Below are positions 1 to 6,239 of a stretch of DNA of 6,239 bases, one piece after another (the stretch's first letter is position 1; every line of letters starts with the position of its first letter). The DNA is taken from contig JBJCIZ010001190.1 of assembly GCA_051294375.1 (NCBI GenBank), positions 1 to 6,239 on the forward strand, in the 5' to 3' direction. The notes beneath the pieces are model-generated. The model had not been told where the DNA came from, did no database searches, and saw nothing but the letters and a program-made list of their open reading frames with translations. The position numbers and the translations under genes are program-made. The DNA is from Paraspadella gotoi. Lineage: Eukaryota; Animalia; Chaetognatha.

Positions 1-170
1 GAGTGCGAATGAGTTTAAATGGAAAAAAAAAAAAAACCCTGTTTCACTAAATTGAATTATGATTCTTTTTCCTTTTATTACAATGTATAAGCGGATGTAT
101 TAATAAATCAAATAAATTAATCAGTTTAATTAATCAATTAGTTAATTAATTAATTCAATAAATAATTAAT
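1..170 (+). mobile_element. Truncated distal part of a Helentron/DINE-1 (HINE)-like element (copy A), running off the left edge
   Basis: 8-140 (AATGAGTTTAAATGGAAAA...CTGTTTCACTAA...TGTATTAATAAATCAAAT) aligns by eye to the reverse complement of ~1452-1580 in copy C. It comprises the end of one tandem unit plus the tail that follows it. Confidence 0.7.
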
Positions 171-210
171 TCAGTCATCATCCGTCATCCGTCCCACTTA
201 AGCAAAAGCT

Positions 211-667
211 CCAATAACTCGTGATTGGCTGGTTGGATTGAGAGAAATTTTTGTGTGTGGGTAAAATGTGGTGAAAAGCTGGATATAAAGTTTCGAAGGA
301 ATCGTGTGGAGTTTAAGAGGAAAAAAACAATAAGTCGCATTACTAAAATAACTTTTAATTATTTTAAACCAATAAGTACTCTAATTAAATCATAGATTGG
401 ATGGATAGATTTGAGTTCAATTTTTATTGTGTGGGTAGAAAAATGTTGTAACGATGCTTGATATAAAGTTTTCGGTGGAAACGTATCAGTGGAAATGGGT
501 TTAAATGAAAAAAATATGAGTCACATTTACTTGAATCTTTTTATTGTTATTTTAACTCATGATAGATTTGAGATGAAATTTTGTGAGCCGGTAGAAAGTG
601 AGTGAAGAAGCTAGATGATAAAGTTTTGACGGAATCAGCGTTGAAAAAATTATGCAAGTTAAAAAAA
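211..667 (+). repeat. Three diverged tandem units of ~155-180 bp
   Basis: Shared core GATTGG.TGG...AATTTT...GTGGGTA...GCT.GATATAAAGTTT.CG..GGAA...GAGTTTAA..GAAAAAA. Anchors are GATATAAAG at 282 and 460 and GATGATAAAG at 614. Confidence 0.85.
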
Positions 668-701
668 CTTAAAAGCATAAGGATCGTCGCAAATTGCATA
701 A

Positions 702-790
702 AAGAGAGAGAAAGAGAGAGAGAAGAAGAGAGAGTGAGAGAGTAGAGTGAGAGAGAAAGTGAGAGAGTGAGAGAGAGAAGAGAGAGAGAA
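702..790 (+). repeat. Imperfect (GA)n microsatellite
   Basis: Directly visible purine tract. It accounts for the Ser/Leu-rich minus-strand ORF 547..798. Confidence 0.95.
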
Positions 791-1010
791 GGAGACAATA
801 AATTAAAATATAGGAATATTGTTTTGTTTTGAATAAAATGTAAACAAAACTTTAATAACTGTCCTGACTCAATTTAAGGACATCGATGATTGACAGCTGA
901 ATATAAATTATAATTAAATTAGTTAAAATTATTATTAAATTATTTAATCTATTATTAATAACTAACTTATTAATTATTATTAATACATTTAGTTATTCTC
1001 TAATTTTTAT

Positions 1011-1028
1011 CATTGGTTGTTACCAATG
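1011..1028. other. Perfect 7-bp hairpin, candidate 3' stem-loop of element copy C
   Basis: CATTGGT-TGTT-ACCAATG lies where copies B and C converge. HINE/Helentron elements carry a short stem-loop near the 3' end; assigning that role here is an inference. Confidence 0.4.
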
Positions 1029-1053
1029 TACACTTGCCTAATGTATTGATTGT

Positions 1054-1078
1054 TCTCTCTCTCTCTTTCTTCTCTTTC
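1054..1078 (+). repeat. Short (TC)n tract, inverted counterpart of the GA tract at 702-790
   Basis: TCTCTCTCTCTCTTTCTTCTCTTTC. Its flank at 1037-1053 resembles the reverse complement of 795-814. Confidence 0.8.
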
Positions 1079-1554
1079 ACACAAATTTTTCCAATTTCAA
1101 TTCAACTTAACTCTCTTCTTCCCTGCCTGTGACTTTGATTTTCACTTGCTTGATTGAAGACCTCGAAACATAGAATCGAAACTGTCCTAATAAATTTAAT
1201 TAAAATTGTTGTTCAAACAAGTTTGAGGCAAACAATGTCGGATCTGCTCACGATATTTCGGTAATTAAATTAATTAATAAAAAATCTAGATTATTTAATT
1301 AATTACATACTGTAATTTATTAATTTATTAATAATAATTTATTCAAGTTAATTATTTAATTATGCAATTTGCAAATTAATTTGATCCAAAATATTGTTTT
1401 GGATTGATTAATTAACTGATTAATTAATTATTGATTATTAAATTGAACGTAAATTGATTAATTAACTAATTAATTAATTTGATTAATTAATACAGTCTTG
1501 CATTTACATTTAAAATAAAAGAAAAAAGAAGCATAATCTATTAGTGAAACAGTT

Positions 1555-1844
1555 CTTTGTTTTTTCCATTTAAACTCAATTTCCCTCAAACGATTCCATG
1601 AACTTGATTTCCACGTTTTAATTACACACTTTTCTACACAAATCAAAAATTTTAAAGTCAATCGCCCATCCACTCATGAGTATTTGGTGTTAAAATATGA
1701 ATTTTTTTTTTTTCGCATTTTTAACTCATTTCCCCACTCGGACGAATTCCATCGAAAACTTCATATCCAAGCTCAATCACACACTTCCTACCCACAACAT
1801 CAAAATTTCATTCTAATCCATCCATCCAATCACGAGTATTGGTG
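1555..1844 (-). repeat. Two tandem units (~156 bp period) of the same family as 211-667
   Basis: TCATGAGTATTTGGTG (1674-1689) and TCACGAGTATTGGTG (1830-1844). Both units share CATTT..AACTCA.TT.CC and ACACACTT..CTAC.CA. Confidence 0.85.
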
Positions 1845-1859
1845 CTTTTTTGCAAGGTG

Positions 1860-1985
1860 GGACGGTACGGGAACGGACGGACGGACGGACTCGTTTTTTT
1901 TGGCATAATTTAATCATAATTCGATGTTCTGAATGAATATAAGGACATGCCCGAAAGAATTGAAGGGGCGGACAGACGGACCGAC
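1860..1985 (-). repeat. GTCC/GTCT tetranucleotide microsatellites
   Basis: Plus strand (GGAC)4 at 1875-1890, with degenerate units from 1860, and GGACAGACGGACCGAC at 1970-1985. Confidence 0.9.
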
Positions 1986-2653
1986 AAAGTCGAATTATAG
2001 AGTCGGGATCTGGCTGAATTTTCGTTACACACTCCTAAATATATATTATATTGTTATATATTATTATTATTGTATCAATTTGACCTATTTATCATCAAAA
2101 TATTGAAAAAAGAATTATACTTTGTGCAGACAAACTTTTTATAAGCTATCATATCCGATCTAAACTTTTAAAAGTACAAAATTCAACTGAAAGTTTTTTT
2201 CAGAAAACTGTCTGAAGTTTACTTTTTAAATTTAATTTTTAAATACTTGAAGGTCAGCCTTGGAGAAAAATGAGTTCCAGATCAACTTTGTTATTTTTTT
2301 AATTTATTTTTTTTTTTCTGAAGTCCACGATCGAAAGGGCTTACACACCGAAAACTGAGGTCAATTTCTTCGTTTTATAATAGGCCCGACGAAAAATGAA
2401 ATATTGAGCCGGTCTAATACCGGTGGTTAAGTCGCCTCAAAGCTCAATTCTTATTTTGTTGCTGTTGAAAAAAAACCGGTTCTGAAAGACGACCGGTTTT
2501 TAATATGGCAGCGAAACTGTGATCTTGGATTTTTTTATAAAACGCCTATAAAAATCGGGCGCGTTTTCAAAGTTATATTTTTTTCTATTACAATTTTTAG
2601 AACATTTTTGCAAGATTTTAAACAAAAATAACAATTGACAAATAATATACTAA

Positions 2654-4253
2654 AGGCGTAGTAAAATTTCTAAATTTAACTTTAATTAAAATCTAAAAGT
2701 GAGGAACGAACAACATTATACATAAAAACATTATTATAATTAAAAATTTATAATAAATTTTATAATTACACATTAGGCACATATTTATACTTAGTACTAA
2801 ACCAATAAATGTTTTAAAATTTCAAAAACAGTTTTTTCTTAGATTTTTTTGCAGATTTGGATTTGTCGAAAAAAAGTTGATAAAAAAGAAATATAACTCT
2901 TTTTGAAAAAATTCCTTCATTAAGTTGCCGTCAAAAAATTAGAAAAAAGCTGTATTTAAGCTGAAAATTAACTTTTTATATACATGGGACATTTATCAAG
3001 CGCCGGTTTAAAATACCCTGTTATTTGCACCAGTGGTTATTTCCAGTTGATTTTTTAAAATTGAGTTGAGTAGAAATACTAAAACCTATTTATGTGTTAA
3101 AATTTTAATTTAAAAAAAAATCAGTTTTAAGATATGGGCTTGACAATGAGTGTAGAAAGTTGGCTTGTCAAATCGGGCCTTTCATATTTCCAACTCAATG
3201 TTTTTAATAAATTTTTGCGCCGGAATTTAGCAACTTTTTTTAAAAAAGTTATTTGATTAAAATATAATAATATTAATATCCTTCATAAGCCCTTAAAATA
3301 TGAAGAGATGATATACTTACGAAATACTGTAGTATAAAAATTAACTGGCCCAAGTTTTAATTTTAATTAGGATATTTCAAAAACGAGACATCTTAAAAAT
3401 GCAATTAGCTGGAGGTAAATTTATAAATTTTATCAAATTGTGGATTGGCTATCTTAATTTTTTTTGCAGGCCTCTTTCATGATACTTTATATAATAATAA
3501 TATTTTTTGTTTATAATAATTTAAACAGCAAATTTTTGAAAAAAAAGATTTAAAATTTTAAAATAATTCACTTTTTGATACTCTTAATTGAACCAAGGCC
3601 TTGGGCCAGCTTACTTTTTATGTTAGAGCTTTCATAAGTATATCAATCTCTTCATATTTTAAGGGCTTTCTGAAGATATTAAATATTGTTAATATTTTAA
3701 TAAATAATTTGTTTTAAAAAGTGCTTAAAAGTCCTAAAAAAAAATTGAATTTTAAAAACAGTGAGTTGGAAAATGAAACCCAATTGACAAGCCAACTTTT
3801 CTTTCACTCATGTCAAGGCATATTTAACTGATCAATATAAAATTTTTAACACATAAATAATTTTAGTATTTTCTACTCAACTAATTTTAAATAAGATGAA
3901 ATTAACTACTGGTTGCAATTAATGACAGCATATTTCTTTTCTAGCGCTTATAAATTGTCACCATGTATCTTAAATTATAGTTTTTTAATTTTAACCCACT
4001 TAATGAAATAATTTTTAAAATGATTTATATTCTTCTTTTATCAACTTTTTACGAGGATTCAATCTGCAATCAAAATTAGAAAGCTTATTGTTTGAAATTT
4101 TTCGATTTTATAAGGATAGTTACTATATATAAATAGCTTACTGCGAAAATTAAAAAACATTAGAAATTAAATTTTTTTTAACAAATTAATGTTCATCTGA
4201 TGGTATGTTTTCATAATGACTTTTTAGAATTTCGTATGTAACTTCACTAGCCC
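2654..4253. mobile_element. Non-autonomous foldback DNA transposon (long imperfect inverted arms ~2654-3399 and ~3556-4253, spacer ~155 bp)
   Basis: Collinear inverted matches run along both arms, e.g. AAGCCCTTAAAATATGAAGAGAT 3287-3309 vs 3646-3668 (23/23), AAAGTTGGCTTGTCAA 3156-3171 vs 3784-3799 (16/16) and CTGGCCCAAG 3345-3354 vs 3600-3609. Similarity ends at CTAA|AGGCGTAGT (left) and ACTAGCCC|TTAA (right). No transposase ORF is present. The outer ~130 bp of the arms align more loosely. Confidence 0.8.
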
Positions 4254-4774
4254 TTAATAAATACGTATTCTGGGGTAAAATTGAAAACTTTGTTTCTCGG
4301 TCGCGATGTTTCCAAGGAATTTTATTTCGTCAGATTAGAAATGGGCGGTTTTGACTTGGCGTTCATGTCAAGTCGCGAATTTCTTACACTAGTTACCAAG
4401 TACTGGATTAGGGTGAAGTTATATCTCAAAACACTATCATATTAATGAAGTACTAATCTCTGTAATTGATTTTTCTTTTCCATTTATACAAATATAAGGT
4501 TCCACAGTTAGCTGTCATTTCTGTATTATAGTACTAACCCTTATATAATGTCAAATGTTCAAGATTCTTGTTAAAAGTTAATTAAAGAAGATATACATCT
4601 TTTTCCAAAAATTATGTCATTAAGTAAGTTAAAATTATAAAAACTATTCGTTAAGTCTTGAAATTGAAATGATTTAAAATAATAGTCTTTTACATTTTAA
4701 CCACGCTTAAAAAGAATTGAGAGACCCAGTAATTACTGTATACAGTGTTCAATGACAGAAGCGTTCAATATAAG

Positions 4775-4848
4775 CAGTCCTGAGTTCCGGATCAGGCTGT
4801 ACACACCATGCTTACAGGCGGTTAAGCACCCCCGTCCCTCCTTAACTA
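4775..4848 (-). ncRNA. Candidate degenerate twister-ribozyme-like fold (type-P5 permutation)
   Basis: Manual fold on the minus strand: TAGT(P5)-TAAG-GAGG-GACGG-GGGTGCT-TAA-CC-GC-CTGTA/TACAG(P3)-CCTGA-TCCGGAAC-TCAGG(P4/L4)-ACTG(P5'). L4 CCG can pair with the CGG after GA, as in pseudoknot T1. Deviations: P2 and P1 are only ~2 bp, and T2 has a mismatch (AC instead of GC). Confidence 0.25.
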
Positions 4849-4856
4849 ACGGCCAG

Positions 4857-4929
4857 ACGACCACGGGCTAGAACCCCGGACCTTTGGGTTGGAGGTGAAT
4901 GACTTGTCCTCCGGCGCACCAATGGCCGC
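4857..4929 (-). pseudogene. 73-nt tRNA-like module (SINE head or tRNA pseudogene; not a functional cloverleaf)
   Basis: An acceptor-like stem GCGGCCA/TGGTCGT (7 bp including two G-U) and a T-arm-like CGGG-GTTCTAG-CCCG preceded by AAGGTC are retained. The D and anticodon stems do not pair; CT-CCA-A sits near the anticodon position. Confidence 0.65.
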
Positions 4930-5264
4930 TTGATGAAACGGTTGGTGGAATTAGTCCACCCATAGAATTTTTAAAAAAGAATTATACCTACTTAAAATTT
5001 AAAAATTTGTAATTTGAAATTTTACTTTATTATATACTTATTACTATATATAAATAATAGCTCACAATTTTTATCATTTTCACATCACTTCTAAGTATAG
5101 ATAGGGGTAGCTAACTCAGTAAAGTGTGTAAGAAATTTGACATTAAGCACCTGATAAATTTTAAAAATTTTAAAATTATTTGAACAGACAAAAATTTTAA
5201 TATTACATACGCCCATATTATTAATTTTTTTACAGAAAGAGCCGGCAGGACTTCGCACCCAAAC

Positions 5265-5303
5265 TCATCATCATCATCATCCTCTTTTCTCCTCCTCCTC
5301 CTC
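5265..5303 (+). repeat. Adjacent (CAT)5 and (CTC)5 trinucleotide repeats
   Basis: TCATCATCATCATCATC at 5265-5281 and CTC x5 at 5289-5303, inside a pyrimidine-skewed, GC-richer island. Confidence 0.9.
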
Positions 5304-5626
5304 CTTCCCGGGATTCAGGGTCGAACCCATTCTCTCACGCTTCTTCTCTCTTTACCATCTCCCGGTCCTCTCCCGTTCAGCCTTTTTTACCCCCTTTTTC
5401 ATCAAAAAAGTTAATATTTATTATCATTTTATAGTAATATTGTAATTTTGATAGCAACAATAAAACTTATTTTTAAAAATTCTTTATTTACCTGAAAGTA
5501 GACTTTAAGACTAAAGTTTTGAACCCCCGCCCCTATTGAATTTCATAATAGATTTCTAGTATATTTTTTCTAAATTTGAGGTGTGTTAAATAGTTTATAA
5601 ATATTTAGTTAATTTTCGAAATTAAT

Positions 5627-5823
5627 ATTGGGTTTTATATGGAATACCAATAACGTTACTAGCTTAAATTCTCAAACTCGTCCTCTATTCTGTGATTTCA
5701 TTGGTTATTATTTGGTTCTTAATTCTGATTGGACGAGACCTTTCTGATCCAATTATTGGTATTATTCTCAAAAGTCGAAAGTCGTTTTTAATTGGTCTAT
5801 TTAAATTTAAAGAAGTATAAAAG
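5627..5823 (+). promoter_or_regulatory. Candidate Pol II promoter: CCAAT-box cluster plus TATA box
   Basis: ATTGG at 5627, 5700, 5728, 5755 and 5791; CCAAT at 5647 and 5749; TATAAAAG at 5816-5823 matches TATAWAWR. It could instead be transposon-derived. Confidence 0.35.
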
Positions 5824-5869
5824 GGCAAGTAGATGTTAAACTTTTAGGAGATTGCCCAGGAAACATTAG

Positions 5870-5939
5870 GTAATATGATGAAATATTTGTATAACTTTTT
5901 GAAATGAATTCTAATCATTGAAATTATTATTTTGTACAG
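5870..5939 (+). other. Candidate 70-nt spliceosomal intron (5' UTR)
   Basis: AG|GTAATA donor, branch-like TTCTAAT at 5909-5915 and TTTTGTACAG acceptor, starting ~45 nt downstream of the TATA box. Such motifs also arise by chance in AT-rich DNA. Confidence 0.3.
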
Positions 5940-5946
5940 CTTTGAG

Positions 5947-5982
5947 CTCTCTATCTATAACTCGCTCTCTCTCTATAACTCA
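5947..5982 (+). repeat. 18-bp tandem duplication
   Basis: CTCTCTATCTATAACTCG followed by CTCTCTCTCTATAACTCA (16/18 identical). Confidence 0.85.
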
Positions 5983-6239
5983 CTCATGTTGCTCTGCTCT
6001 GATTATTTTATTAAAATCTCGTGATTTGGATTGATTCTTATTTTTGAGTGAAATGGCTTCGCCCAGTGAAATCTACAAGGTACAAATTAGGTTAGAGCTA
6101 AGTGCTCAAACAATGTTTTTTAATACAATCTCCCACAAGGTGGTCGAGATAAAAATTTATTGATATCAGAAAAGCGAATGGAATCAATTTTTATCGAGCC
6201 TCTATAATGTTTTAGGGCTGCTTCTTTGTGACGTAGTCG

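Larger units (their letters stand above)
172..815 (+). mobile_element. Helentron/DINE-1 (HINE)-like non-autonomous element, copy B
   Basis: It has a degenerate GTCC-type head (TCCGTCATCCGTCCCAC, 181-197), and 189-327 aligns to the reverse complement of ~1700-1865. Three tandem units follow, then GCAAATTGCATAA (689-701; exact inverted match at 1360-1372), a GA tract and ACAAT...TAGG, in the same order as copy C. A GTCY microsatellite followed by central tandem repeats is the known DINE-1/HINE layout; the family call is an inference. Confidence 0.6.
1037..2018 (-). mobile_element. Helentron/DINE-1 (HINE)-like element, copy C (most complete copy)
   Basis: Read on the minus strand, the order is: short terminal inverted repeat (plus strand AGTCGG-GAT-CTGGCT, 2001-2015, with G-T pairs), CGACTCTATAATTCGACTTTGTCGGTCCGTCTGTCCG, (GTCC)4, two tandem units, the tail shared with copy A, GCAAATTGCATAA, a GA tract and ACAATCAATACATTAGG. 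Confidence 0.65.
4774..4929 (-). mobile_element. tRNA-derived SINE-like insertion (tRNA-like head plus structured GC-rich body)
   Basis: This is a sharp GC-rich island. The minus strand has A-box-like TGGTGCGCCGG (4921-4911) and B-box-like GGTTCTAGCCC (4875-4865) at tRNA spacing. GC-rich sequence continues ~80 nt past the tRNA-like part with no immediate oligo-T terminator. No clear TSD or tail was seen. Confidence 0.65.
4498..5065. mobile_element. Second, more decayed foldback of the same family (arm remnants ~4498-4665 and ~4962-5065; may extend to ~4258-5214)
   Basis: 4565-4655 aligns to the reverse complement of ~3968-4055, and 4585-4613 aligns inverted to 4966-4993. TTACTATATATAAATA occurs at both 4120-4135 and 5041-5056. 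An outer inverted match is AATTTCTTACAC 4378-4389 vs 5126-5137. Confidence 0.65.

Noticed and set aside
211-667. CRISPR-like array
   Set aside because: The units are ~155-180 bp and similar along most of their length. There are no short identical repeats with unique spacers, no cas genes, and the context looks eukaryotic.
547-798. 83-aa minus-strand ORF with a signal-peptide-like Ser/Leu start
   Set aside because: The N-terminus is a translation of the (TC)n strand of the microsatellite, and the rest lies in a tandem repeat unit.
900-1490. Numerous TTAATTAA palindromes and the hairpin ATCCAAAA/TTTTGGAT (1384-1404)
   Set aside because: These are expected in near-pure AT low-complexity sequence within the repeat tails, and there is no independent sign of function.
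1470-1673. 67-aa minus-strand ORF
   Set aside because: It lies within a repeat unit whose sister copies differ by frame-breaking indels, and it has no recognisable domain.
1684-1908. 74-aa plus-strand ORF
   Set aside because: It has a non-ATG start, spans a T homopolymer and the GGAC microsatellite, and lies wholly in repeat sequence.
2106-2145. Possible fifth foldback-arm fragment (AAAAAAGAATTATAC, identical to 4973-4987)
   Set aside because: It is a low-complexity 15-mer with only weak extension and cannot be distinguished from chance by eye.
3593-3604. 12-bp palindrome CCAAGGCCTTGG near the inner end of the right arm
   Set aside because: It is not conserved in the left arm and is a single short instance.
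4857-4929. Functional tRNA-Trp(CCA) gene
   Set aside because: The anticodon and D stems do not pair, the T-loop is non-canonical (TTCTAG) and there is no adjacent oligo-T terminator.
4917-4960. Hammerhead or HDV-like ribozyme on the plus strand (TTGATGAAAC; TCCTCC)
   Set aside because: The CUGANGA-like and GAAA-like motifs overlap with no stem II between them, and no HDV nested pseudoknot or catalytic C junction could be built.

Overview
This is very AT-rich, eukaryotic-looking (probably invertebrate nuclear) DNA with no supportable protein-coding gene; all three listed ORFs lie inside repeats. Nearly all of it is nested mobile-element sequence. (1) 1-2018 holds three copies of a Helentron/DINE-1 (HINE)-like element with a GTCC microsatellite and ~155-180 bp internal tandem units; two copies converge tail-to-tail. 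(2) 2654-4253 is a ~1.6 kb foldback element with ~700-750 bp imperfect inverted arms. (3) A second, more decayed foldback of the same family follows (core 4498-5065). (4) Between its arms, on the minus strand, is a tRNA-derived SINE-like insert (4774-4929) whose body can be hand-folded into a degenerate, circularly permuted twister-ribozyme-like structure. This is the most interesting lead but is unverified. (5) A GC-richer trinucleotide-repeat island lies at 5236-5409. (6) Near the right end are a CCAAT cluster, a TATA box and a 70-nt intron-like segment. All alignments and folds were done by eye, and boundaries are approximate.
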